A stretch of 41,491 bases of DNA from NCBI GenBank assembly GCA_964538205.1, contig CAZIFN010000002.1:1-41491 (forward strand). The letters run 5' to 3'. Both the position numbers and the translations under genes were made by a program. How positions within the stretch are numbered: position 1 is the first letter of the stretch; each line of letters starts with the position of its first letter. The notes beneath the pieces were generated by a model. That model did no database searches. It worked only from the letters and a program-made list of their open reading frames with translations, and was not told the origin of the DNA. This document shows positions 26,873 to 35,448 of this stretch, piece after piece. The DNA comes from an uncultured Mycoplasma sp. (GTDB taxonomy: Bacteria; Bacillota_I; Bacilli_A; RF39; UBA660).

Positions 26873-27856
26873 TTATTTCTTTCTTGCAAGATAGTATTGA
26901 AAAATACTATTATACTTCTTACTGTATCCTATTTGTTCAATTAATTCTAAATTTAAATCCTTAAATTTTTCCTTTTTAATTAATATTGGAGTGTGACCAA
27001 TACAAATTATGCATCCATTTTTTTTAACTTTTTTAACTAGTAAATCAAAAAGTTTATTCGCATCATGAGTATTTACAACTCCACCATTAAGAAACCTTAA
27101 TATTAATAAATCTACACTATTGTTTTTGATTGGAGAATCAAATGCATTACAACATTTTGATTCATCTACGTTCTTTTTAGAATAATTAACCATATCTTCG
27201 CTCATATCATGTCCTACTGTTGTGCATGTTGGAATTACATCTTTTATCACTTTTAAAAATTCTCCAGTTGAACATGCAGGATCATAAACTATTTTAGGAT
27301 TTAATTTATATTTTTTTATTATTTCAATTGTATAGTCTCTAATATGTTTTTCTCCTGTAGATAAATATGAAGCTATTTCATCATTTACATTCCAGTTTAA
27401 GTTATTAGATGTTTGTTCTAAATTTGTGTCAAAATATTTAAAACGAAATGGATAAAATATATCACATAACTTTCGGTTCTTTACTATATTATTAAACATT
27501 TTACGTTTTTCTTGATTAGTAAAGGGATAATATTCAAGAGAAATTTTTCTATATTTATAATTACAATTTTTTAAAATTCCTAATAACATATTCTGCGTGA
27601 TATTACTACAATTGATTGACTTCAGTTGATTGTTTAAATATAATTGTGAAATAGTTTTTCTACCTAATATTACTGTGTTGTTATAAGTAATATAGAAGAT
27701 AGTTTGGGGCATATTGAAATCATATTCAACAAATTCTGTACATTTTCTATCATAAATTTGAATTTTATCATCAACATTAATATCTTCTAATGATTGTTTA
27801 TATAATTCGATTTCTCGATTTATAATTTGCTCTTGCATTAACAATTTATTTTTCAT
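26873..27856 (-). CDS. Class I SAM-dependent methyltransferase with an uncharacterised N-terminal domain of about 180 aa
   Basis: Motif I VYDPACSTGEF, an acidic loop VGHDMSEDM and motif IV-like DLLILRF. Confidence 0.7.
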   Translation of the reverse strand: MKNKLLMQEQIINREIELYKQSLEDINVDDKIQIYDRKCTEFVEYDFNMPQTIFYITYNNTVILGRKTISQLYLNNQLKSINCSNITQNMLLGILKNCNYKYRKISLEYYPFTNQEKRKMFNNIVKNRKLCDIFYPFRFKYFDTNLEQTSNNLNWNVNDEIASYLSTGEKHIRDYTIEIIKKYKLNPKIVYDPACSTGEFLKVIKDVIPTCTTVGHDMSEDMVNYSKKNVDESKCCNAFDSPIKNNSVDLLILRFLNGGVVNTHDANKLFDLLVKKVKKNGCIICIGHTPILIKKEKFKDLNLELIEQIGYSKKYNSIFQYYLARKK

Positions 27857-27871
27857 TGTTTCCCTTTCAAA

Positions 27872-27916
27872 AATTTAAAAAGAAGCAACATTATTAAAAA
27901 TATAATATTGCTTTCC
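27872..27916 (-). terminator. Hairpin plus T-run directly after the precursor ORF (probable leaky terminator)
   Basis: On the minus strand AAGCAATATTAT pairs with ATAATGTTGCTT (one mismatch), followed by CTTTTTAAATTT. The hairpin starts 5 nt after the TAA stop. Confidence 0.55.
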
Positions 27917-27920
27917 TTTA

Positions 27921-28034
27921 TTAGTATTGATTTTGGCAGCAAACAGACATTGCTAATATTTTCATTACTTTAGTATTCTTTTTAGTATTAACTTTTACCG
28001 CAACTGTTGCTAATCCGGCAGTTCCTGTTCCCAT
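27921..28034 (-). CDS. Candidate RiPP precursor peptide, 37 aa: MGTGTAGLATVAVKVNTKKNTKVMKILAMSVCCQNQY
   Basis: Hand-translated; too short for the ORF track. Strong RBS GAGGAGGG lies 4 nt before the ATG. It sits between rSAM/SPASM and methyltransferase genes on the same strand and is followed by its own hairpin. Confidence 0.6.
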   Translation of the reverse strand: MGTGTAGLATVAVKVNTKKNTKVMKILAMSVCCQNQY

Positions 28035-28091
28035 AATACCCTCCTCTCTAATTATATATATAAACCTATTTTAAAATAAACAGATTTATAT

Positions 28092-29369
28092 CTAACGTTT
28101 TAGAATATGCTTTTTTATACAATTATTCAAGTTATATTTATATGTTTCACATTCTGGCTTGTTTTGTTTAATTGAAATAAATGGACATCCTCCCATGCAA
28201 ATTGGAAGTATCTCACATTGACAACATTCATCATATTCAAACGGATTCCATGTGTAAAATCTGTTATTTAATACACCTGTAATTTCATTGTCAAAAGGAT
28301 AGTCATATACCGTAGCTATTCTTCTTTCTGGTCTGCCAATATCGTTTTCGCATTTAAATAAGTTTAAATTTGGGTCAATTACGAAAGTACCAACTTTAGC
28401 AGCTCTACAATAAATTGGCTTTTGTCTTGGAAAAGGGGATGCCATATCTTTGTCTTGACTCATATTATTATCAAACTCGTCTAATAGAGAAGCATATTCT
28501 TTTTTATTAAAATAACTATCGTTTTCATTTTTACATGAATCGGTATATTCTCTAACTAAACCTAAGTACATCTCTAATTTAAGCTCATTTGTAACATATT
28601 TTCTCAATTCTTCAATATGTGTATAATTTTTTTTATCTACATTCATTCTGATAACTGGATTAATACCATGTTTTTTTGCTATTAATGAGTTTGCTACAAT
28701 CTGATCAAAAGTTGCCAATCCCCCTATTAGACACCTTCTTTGGTTATGAATGTGTTCAGGACCATCCAATGTAATAAATAATTGATTAATTTTTAAATCT
28801 GGAAGTTGCTTTATAATGTTCTCTGACAATAAGTAACCATTTGTGGTTAAGAACGCATTATAATCAACATTTAAGCTATTACACACTTCAATTATTTCTT
28901 GACTCATTTTTTGTATTATACTAAATACTAATAGCGGCTCTCCGCCAAACCATATTAAGTTTAATTTCGTATATCCAAGTGAAAGTTGTTTTTTAATGAA
29001 CTTTATAATTTCTATTTGTTCATCTTCATTTATAATTTTACCATATCTATCTTCATAACAATATGGACATTTAAAGTTACAACGCAAAGTTGGTGCAATG
29101 GTAATTGTTAATAAGTCTTTTTCCTGTTGTTCTTTGATATATCTGTCTTTTAAAAATTTTAGTTCATCAAAGTCGTCATTAATTATCATGCCTTTTTTGA
29201 ATAATTCATGATATGCTTTAATATTGAAGTCATCAGGCAAAACGTTGGTTGAAGATTTTAAATTTTCATAAGTTTGTTTAGAAATTTCTGCAAATGATGA
29301 ATTTAAAATATTAATTAAATAAAATTTCTTGCCATATTTTTTAAATATATTATATTTTGATAGTTTCAT
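28092..29369 (-). CDS. Radical SAM/SPASM peptide maturase with an N-terminal RRE-like domain (sacti/ranthipeptide-synthase-like architecture)
   Basis: About 90 aa precede CNFKCPYC. Then GGEPLL and the SPASM motif CCQCEILPICMGGC (CX2CX5CX3C). I prefer start ATG 29369 (MKLSKYN), because the track start 29384 lies inside the RBS GAGGAG. Confidence 0.8.
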   Translation of the reverse strand: MKLSKYNIFKKYGKKFYLINILNSSFAEISKQTYENLKSSTNVLPDDFNIKAYHELFKKGMIINDDFDELKFLKDRYIKEQQEKDLLTITIAPTLRCNFKCPYCYEDRYGKIINEDEQIEIIKFIKKQLSLGYTKLNLIWFGGEPLLVFSIIQKMSQEIIEVCNSLNVDYNAFLTTNGYLLSENIIKQLPDLKINQLFITLDGPEHIHNQRRCLIGGLATFDQIVANSLIAKKHGINPVIRMNVDKKNYTHIEELRKYVTNELKLEMYLGLVREYTDSCKNENDSYFNKKEYASLLDEFDNNMSQDKDMASPFPRQKPIYCRAAKVGTFVIDPNLNLFKCENDIGRPERRIATVYDYPFDNEITGVLNNRFYTWNPFEYDECCQCEILPICMGGCPFISIKQNKPECETYKYNLNNCIKKHILKR

Positions 29370-29390
29370 GTAAATTCTCCTCATTCTGAA

Positions 29391-30521
29391 TTATTTTGTA
29401 GTTTTTCTTAATACTTTTGGTGCAGTATTATTATCTGATTGCTTTGATGATTCTTCATATATTGATGGGATATGACCGAAAACTAATGCTTTTTTTCTAA
29501 TCATTGTTGTAACTTCTTGCCTATTGTGGAATAAACTTTTAATTGCTAATACATCATAATTTTGACTTAAGATTTGAATGGATTCTTTGATATCTTCTTC
29601 AACTTTGTTTGGTAATTTTAAAGTTACAATGGCTATGCCATTATCCTTTAATGATTTTACAAGCTTATTCATAATATTTGATGTAGCTTGCGGCTCAATG
29701 TTCATATCATTTACAATTATATCAAAGAAATTTTCAAAATCCAAATCCTCAATTCTACATTTATAATGATGAATCTTCGGATTGGATTCAAGTTCTGGTT
29801 TTAGATTACCGGGATCAACTGCCACAACTTCGTATCCATAATCTGCTAATACTTTTGTCCATCCGCCTGGAGAGGCACCAATATCCAATGCATAGCCGGT
29901 TCCGTCCAAAGTAACATTAAACTTTGATAAAGCTTCTTTTAATTTATTTTCAGCTCTTGAAATAGAACGCCCTCCTTTACCACAAATTCTGTATTCGTCA
30001 CAGTGAAAATTTAAATTTTCTTTACTAGAAGAGAATCCTAAATAATAGTCATTATGATGAATCATAATTGATAATACTTTGATGTCATCATTTTTTAAAC
30101 TGGTATCTGAAAATGTTGGTATATTTCCCCTTTGCTCATAGTGAGATCCAACGAACACTTCTAAATCCTTTGATGAATAATCTAATCCATTTTTACCGCC
30201 ACTGATAATTCTACATTGTACTGCAAATGATTCTTTTGTTAATGTTGATATACTATTAATACCTGATAAAATTTCTTGTTCGTCCAACTCTAAATTCTCA
30301 GTGATTTTACCATTTTTCATTACTGGCATTATATGTTTAATAAAAATGGGTGATTTCTCTAATAATTTGTTTATAAATTCTTCTTTTTCTAATTTAGAAT
30401 CAATCATTAAAACACTGTCTGAAAAGACACTTTCAACTTCTAATTCTTCATCAACTGCTATCAATTCACTTAGCATGCTTTTTCTAAAACATGGTGTATA
30501 AGTAATAATAAATTTGCTCAA
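29391..30521 (-). CDS. RlmM-like SAM-dependent methyltransferase (THUMP-like N-domain plus FtsJ-like 2'-O-MTase domain)
   Basis: SISRAENKLKEAL...YALDIGASPGGWT...VVAVDPGNL...IVNDMNIEP...VTLKLP aligns block-by-block with my recollection of E. coli RlmM (SRSTLKLEEAF, VDLGACPGGWT, SVDNGPM, CDMVEKP, NLKLP). RBS is GAGGAGG. Confidence 0.65.
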   Translation of the reverse strand: MSKFIITYTPCFRKSMLSELIAVDEELEVESVFSDSVLMIDSKLEKEEFINKLLEKSPIFIKHIMPVMKNGKITENLELDEQEILSGINSISTLTKESFAVQCRIISGGKNGLDYSSKDLEVFVGSHYEQRGNIPTFSDTSLKNDDIKVLSIMIHHNDYYLGFSSSKENLNFHCDEYRICGKGGRSISRAENKLKEALSKFNVTLDGTGYALDIGASPGGWTKVLADYGYEVVAVDPGNLKPELESNPKIHHYKCRIEDLDFENFFDIIVNDMNIEPQATSNIMNKLVKSLKDNGIAIVTLKLPNKVEEDIKESIQILSQNYDVLAIKSLFHNRQEVTTMIRKKALVFGHIPSIYEESSKQSDNNTAPKVLRKTTK

Positions 30522-30556
30522 AATATAACCTCCTCATAAATAAGTTAATACAAAAA

Positions 30557-30590
30557 TGAGTAGTCACCAAAAAGGTACTATGACTACTCA
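30557..30590. promoter_or_regulatory. Perfect 10-bp inverted repeat in the 5' region of the RiPP-like operon (candidate operator or 5'UTR hairpin)
   Basis: TGAGTAGTCA (30557-30566), 14-nt spacer, TGACTACTCA (30581-30590), 36 nt upstream of the first start codon of the operon. Confidence 0.4.
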
Positions 30591-30990
30591 ATAATATCAC
30601 AATTTATATCAAAGAAAGTATCAAGGCCATAATACAATCCCACATTCCATTGATAAATATTATAAAGGCATTTTTATAAAAGTCAACAAAAAATTAGTAA
30701 TAAAAGCTTTGATAAAAGATTAACTTTTAATGTTATAATATAAATATATATGAGGTGATTTGGTGTGTTAGTAATTTTTGAAAGATTAGATAATTTTGGA
30801 ATAACTGTACTGGGCAAATGATAAAAGATTATTTAACTAGAAATATACTGAAATATCAAAAAATGAAACAAATATTTGTAAATAAATAAAAAAATGATGT
30901 CATAAGGACCTTTAGATTCTGCTTTGAAAGCATATTTGTTTGCAACAGATAGATACATAAGAATAAAATAAAAGGAGTCTATAGAAAAGA

Positions 30991-31572
30991 ATGAAAGAAA
31001 ATCTTAATAGTTTATTAGAAAGTTTAAAAAAGTGTGAAATTTGTAAAGAGAATTTTGGATTCCAACCTCATCCTATATTTTTAGGAAATGTTAATTCTAA
31101 AATAGTTCAGATTAGTCAGGCACCATCCGCAACAGTCCATGAAACGCTAAAACCTTTTACAGACAAATCAGGAAGCAAATTAAAATATGAATGGTATATG
31201 ATTGATGATGATGTATTTTATAACCCAGATAATTTTTATATCGCAGCTCTGGCACATTGTTATCCTGGAAAAGATAAAAACGGTAATGATAGAATGCCAC
31301 CAAAGATTTGTTTTGAAACTTGGATAAAAAAAGAATTAGAATATATAAATAATAAGATTTATATAATACTTGGTTCAAAAGCTGCAAAAGTGTTTTTTCC
31401 AGATGAAAATTTTAATGAATTAATTTTCAAAAATAATTATATTAATGGTAAATTAGCTATTGTATTACCGCATCCATCTCCAATTAATATAAAATGGTTT
31501 AAAGATCATCCTGAATTTATGGAAAAAAGAATATTTGAAATAAGAAAAATAATAAATGAAGTATTAACATAA
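30991..31572 (+). CDS. Uracil-DNA glycosylase superfamily protein
   Basis: Motif A-like VQISQAPS and motif B HPSPINIKW. Size is typical (193 aa). RBS is AAGGAG. Confidence 0.7.
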   Translation: MKENLNSLLESLKKCEICKENFGFQPHPIFLGNVNSKIVQISQAPSATVHETLKPFTDKSGSKLKYEWYMIDDDVFYNPDNFYIAALAHCYPGKDKNGNDRMPPKICFETWIKKELEYINNKIYIILGSKAAKVFFPDENFNELIFKNNYINGKLAIVLPHPSPINIKWFKDHPEFMEKRIFEIRKIINEVLT

Positions 31573-31701
31573 GAGAAAAGAATTTAAATTGTGAAAATAT
31601 TTAGAAGTATATTCAAGCAAAAAGACCCGTTTTTAATACTGTAAAAATAGGCTAGAATACGAATTTTCTTTTTGACGATGGCTGCAATAAAGGAGAAAAA
31701 T

Positions 31702-31993
31702 ATGGAGAAAAAGAAAGAAGCAATGTTCAAAATTCATTCAAAATTTAAACCTAGCGGAGATCAACCAAGCGCGATTGAAGAGTTAGCTAAAGGTATAGAA
31801 TCTGGGAAGAAACATCAAGTATTACTTGGTGCAACAGGAACAGGAAAAATGTTTACCGTTGCAAATGTAATTGCTAGTGTAAAATAAACCAACACTAGTT
31901 TTAGCTCACCATAAAACTTTAGCAAGTCAATTATATAATGAATTTAATGAATTATTCCCAGAAAACGCAGTAGAGTATTTTGTTTCCTAGTAT
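31702..31993 (+). pseudogene. uvrB: Decayed duplicate of the uvrB 5' end (frameshift plus premature stops)
   Basis: [21 protein letters not shown]...[18 protein letters not shown] parallels UvrB residues 1 to about 90. One extra base near 31880 shifts the frame, and TAG replaces TAT at 31988-31990. Positions 31825-31993 are roughly 90% identical to 33442-33609. Confidence 0.85.
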
Positions 31994-32086
31994 AGAAATA
32001 CCTTAAAAATAGTGATATTTGGTGATATTTGATACTATTTAATCCAGAAAAATGAACGAAATAACACTACAAGATACTAAACGAAC

Positions 32087-32116
32087 AAATAAAATTTGTG
32101 ACCGATATTCGTGTCC
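32087..32116 (+). repeat. Left copy of the direct repeat flanking the Fic cassette
   Basis: AAATAAAATTTGTGACCGATATTCGTGTCC, compared with 33204-33242 AAATAAATTTGTGGCCGAAGTATATTTTTATTCGTGTCC. Confidence 0.6.
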
Positions 32117-32169
32117 TAAGTTTATTTGATTAAATACATTAAAATATAATAGAAATGGAGGAATTTATA

Positions 32170-33147
32170 ATGAAAAATATAGATATAACAAAACCGGTGT
32201 TTCATATTACTGAAGATAATAAAAAAATTATAAACGAAATAGAAAAAAGACTTGATTTAATTATTATTGATGATAATGAAAAAAAAAGAAAATTGCAGAT
32301 TAAGTCTAAAGTTAGATCAATTCATTCATCATTAGCGATTGAAGCAAACTCTTTATCATTAGAATCAGTTGAGAGTATTGTTGAAAATAAAACAGTTTTA
32401 GGTAATAGAAAAGAAATTCAAGAAGTAAAAAATGCTAATGAATTGTATGAACACATAAACGAATATAATTGGAAAGATGAGAATGATTTTTTAAAAGCTC
32501 ATACATTAATGATGAAGTATTTTGATGATGATAATGGTTATTATAGAAATCATGGTGAGGGAGTAAAAAAAGGAAATGAAGTAATTTATTCAGCTCCACA
32601 ATCTATATTAGTTCCATCTCTTATGAGAAGTTTATTTGAATTTATGATTGATAATGAAAATAAAATTCATCCATTAATATTATCTTCTATATTTCATTAT
32701 TATTTTGTATATGTTCATCCATTTAGCGATGGTAATGGTAGAATGGCTAGATTTTGGGTAAGTTTGATTTTAACCAATTGGAATTCAAAATTTAAATATA
32801 TTCCTATTGAAGAAGAAATATATTTAAATCAACAAAAATATTATGATTCTATTGCACAATGCCATATTAATGGTAATGCGAATGTATTTATTGATTTTAT
32901 GTTAATGTGTATTAATTCATCATTACAAAAAACTACCCAGAAAACTACCCAGAAAATAAAATTAAATAACAATCAATTAAAAATTATAGAATTAATAAAA
33001 GAAAATCCTAAGGTTACAAGAAATGAATTAGCCAGTATTTTGAATATTACATCAGATGGTGTTAAATATAACTTAAAAAAATTATTGGATAATGATATTA
33101 TTGAAAGAATTGGACCAGATAATGGTGGTTATTGGGAAGTAAAATAA
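32170..33147 (+). CDS. Fic family protein (AMPylase-type) with a C-terminal winged-helix DNA-binding domain
   Basis: Fic motif HPFSDGNGRMARFW (HxFx[D/E]GNGRxxR). N-terminal SLAIEAN resembles the inhibitory [S/T]xxxE[G/N] helix. C-terminal wHTH LKIIELIKENPKVTRNELASILNITSDGVKYNLKKL. The start at 32170 follows GGAGG. Confidence 0.85.
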   Translation: MKNIDITKPVFHITEDNKKIINEIEKRLDLIIIDDNEKKRKLQIKSKVRSIHSSLAIEANSLSLESVESIVENKTVLGNRKEIQEVKNANELYEHINEYNWKDENDFLKAHTLMMKYFDDDNGYYRNHGEGVKKGNEVIYSAPQSILVPSLMRSLFEFMIDNENKIHPLILSSIFHYYFVYVHPFSDGNGRMARFWVSLILTNWNSKFKYIPIEEEIYLNQQKYYDSIAQCHINGNANVFIDFMLMCINSSLQKTTQKTTQKIKLNNNQLKIIELIKENPKVTRNELASILNITSDGVKYNLKKLLDNDIIERIGPDNGGYWEVK

Positions 33148-33200
33148 TGTATTAATGTTTGTCTTAAATATAAATAATTGTTTTATGTTTTGTTGTAGTT

Positions 33201-33229
33201 TTGAAATAAATTTGTGGCCGAAGTATATT
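33201..33229 (+). promoter_or_regulatory. Candidate sigma-A promoter of uvrB
   Basis: TTGAAA (33201-33206), 17-nt spacer, TATATT (33224-33229). Confidence 0.45.
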
Positions 33230-33242
33230 TTTATTCGTGTCC
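33204..33242 (+). repeat. Right copy of the direct repeat flanking the Fic cassette (overlaps the uvrB promoter)
   Basis: See 32087-32116. The right copy carries about 10 extra nucleotides that create the TATATT -10 element. Confidence 0.6.
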
Positions 33243-33339
33243 ATTAAATTTTGAATAATCAAATTGACTATAGGACACGAATTTTCATCAAATGAATACA
33301 AATTTTATGGTTGATAATAGTCATAGTAAGGAGGACAAA

Positions 33340-35289
33340 ATGTTTAAATTAGTATCAAAATTTGAGCCTGCTGGGGATCAGCCACAGGCAATAAAAGAAT
33401 TGGTAGATGGAATTAATGAAGGTAAAAAACATCAGGTATTACTTGGTGCAACAGGAACAGGAAAAACGTTTACCATTGCAAACGTAATTGCAAGAACGAA
33501 TAAACCAACACTAGTTTTAGCTCACAATAAAACTTTAGCAGGTCAATTATATAGTGAATTTAAAGAATTATTCCCAGAAAACGCAGTAGAGTATTTTGTT
33601 TCTTATTACGATTATTATCAGCCAGAAGCATATGTACCATCAACAGATACATATATAGAAAAAGATTCTTCTATTAATGATGAAATTGATGAATTACGTC
33701 ATGCGGCAACCTCAGCATTACTATCAAGAAATGATGTAATTGTAGTAGCTAGTGTTTCATGTATCTATGGCATTGGTGAAGTAGAAGAATACAAAAATAA
33801 AATGTTAACATTGTCATTAGGAGATAAAATAGAAAGAAACAATGTCTTAACAAAACTAGTGGACATGTTATATGAAAGAAATGATCTTGATTTTAAACGT
33901 GGTACTTTTAGAGTTAGAGGTGATACCTTAGAAATAATACCAACAAACCAAAATACAACAGGCTATCGTATAGAGTTCTTTGACGATGAAATAGATAGAA
34001 TAAGCGAAATAGATACAGTAACAGGAGCCATTATAAATAACAAAAAGAATATAAGTATTTTTCCAGCAAGTCACTTTGTTGTTAGTGATGAAAAACTACA
34101 TTTAGCAATAGAACGAATAAAAGAAGAGTTAAAAGATCGTCTTATTGAATTAAAACAAGAAAATAAACTACTAGCCGCTGAACGCCTAGAACAAAGAACA
34201 AATTATGACATAGAAATGTTAGAAGAAACTGGATTTTGTTCTGGCATAGAAAACTATTCAGCACCTATGGCAGGAAGAAAAAAAGGAGAAACACCAGTAA
34301 CCTTAATGGACTTTTTTCCAGATGATTACTTACTAGTCGTTGATGAGTCACATGTTACACTTCCACAAGTTAAAGGAATGTATAATGGAGACCGAGCTCG
34401 TAAAATGAACCTAGTTGAATATGGATTTCGTCTACCAAGTGCCCTAGATAATAGACCTTTACAATATGAAGAATTTGAATCAAAAATTAATCAAGTTATA
34501 TATGTTTCAGCAACACCAGGAGATTTAGAATTAACTCAAACTGCTAATAAATATATTGAACAAATAATTAGACCAACAGGACTATTAGATCCAACGATTG
34601 AAGTTAGAAAAACAGAAGGACAAATAGATGATTTAGTTAGCGAGATAAAAGAACGAATTGCTAAAAATGAAAGAGTTTTAATAACAACGCTAACAATTAG
34701 AATGTCAGAAGAATTAACTAATTACCTAAAAGAATTAGATATAAAAGTTGCTTATCTACATTCCGAAATAAAAACTTTAGAAAGAATGCAAATAATTCAT
34801 GATTTAAGAATTGGAAAATATGATGTAATTGTAGGAATAAATTTATTAAGAGAAGGTATAGATATTCCAGAAGTGTCATTAATAGCAATCCTAGATGCAG
34901 ATAAAGAAGGATTCCTAAGAAGCACCAGAAGTCTTATTCAAACTGTAGGACGATGTGCAAGAAATGCGAATGGACATGTTATTATGTATGCAGACAAAAT
35001 AACAGAATCTATGGAAAATGCTATTTCTGAAACAAAAAGACGTAGAAATATTCAAGAAAGATATAATCAAGAACATAACATAATACCAAAAACAATCAAA
35101 AAAGATATTCGTGAAGTAATAAGTAATTATGATACAAAAAAAGATAAGAAAGATAAAAAATTATCAAAGAAAGAAGAAGCACTACTTATGGAAAATATTG
35201 AAGAAGAAATGAAAGAAGCAGCTAAAAATCTTGACTTTGAAAGAGCAATGGAGTTGCGTGATATACTTTTTGAAATGAAAGCTAATTAA
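33340..35289 (+). CDS. uvrB: Excinuclease ABC subunit B
   Basis: [18 protein letters not shown], Walker [14 protein letters not shown] box VVDESHVT, helicase motifs and the C-terminal UVR domain ([11 protein letters not shown]). RBS AAGGAGG precedes ATG 33340. Confidence 0.95.
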   Translation: MFKLVSKFEPAGDQPQAIKELVDGINEGKKHQVLLGATGTGKTFTIANVIARTNKPTLVLAHNKTLAGQLYSEFKELFPENAVEYFVSYYDYYQPEAYVPSTDTYIEKDSSINDEIDELRHAATSALLSRNDVIVVASVSCIYGIGEVEEYKNKMLTLSLGDKIERNNVLTKLVDMLYERNDLDFKRGTFRVRGDTLEIIPTNQNTTGYRIEFFDDEIDRISEIDTVTGAIINNKKNISIFPASHFVVSDEKLHLAIERIKEELKDRLIELKQENKLLAAERLEQRTNYDIEMLEETGFCSGIENYSAPMAGRKKGETPVTLMDFFPDDYLLVVDESHVTLPQVKGMYNGDRARKMNLVEYGFRLPSALDNRPLQYEEFESKINQVIYVSATPGDLELTQTANKYIEQIIRPTGLLDPTIEVRKTEGQIDDLVSEIKERIAKNERVLITTLTIRMSEELTNYLKELDIKVAYLHSEIKTLERMQIIHDLRIGKYDVIVGINLLREGIDIPEVSLIAILDADKEGFLRSTRSLIQTVGRCARNANGHVIMYADKITESMENAISETKRRRNIQERYNQEHNIIPKTIKKDIREVISNYDTKKDKKDKKLSKKEEALLMENIEEEMKEAAKNLDFERAMELRDILFEMKAN

Positions 35290-35448
35290 CAATTTCTGTG
35301 GAAAAAGAAAATGAATACTAATTTAATCCACAAAAACTGTGAATAAAGATACTAAGAATAATATTTTAGTATTTTTTTAATATCGAAAAAAAGAATTCGT
35401 GATGGTGAAATAGCAAAGTTGTGATATAATATGAAACGGGTGATTTAT

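Noticed and set aside
30755-30822. Extended -10 (TGTTATAAT) plus GAGGTGA followed by an 18-codon GTG ORF (VLVIFERLDNFGITVLGK) upstream of the UDG gene
   Set aside because: It is very short with no motif and could be the stump of a lost gene or chance. I cannot support it as a real gene without conservation data.
31672-31887. 71-aa ORF that could be called a small ATP-binding protein
   Set aside because: It is the N-terminal piece of a frameshifted uvrB duplicate. Homology continues in another frame to about 31993, so it is reported as a pseudogene instead.
32929-32952. 12-bp tandem duplication AAAACTACCCAG x2 inside the Fic gene (QKTTQKTT)
   Set aside because: It is an in-frame two-copy micro-duplication in the linker before the wHTH. 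It is probably a trivial slippage event and not a feature of interest.
35341-35448. CGAAAAAAAGAATTCG palindrome upstream of uvrA as a LexA box
   Set aside because: The 4-8-4 spacing does not fit GAAC-N4-GTTC, and the half-sites are only 4 nt. This is too weak to call.
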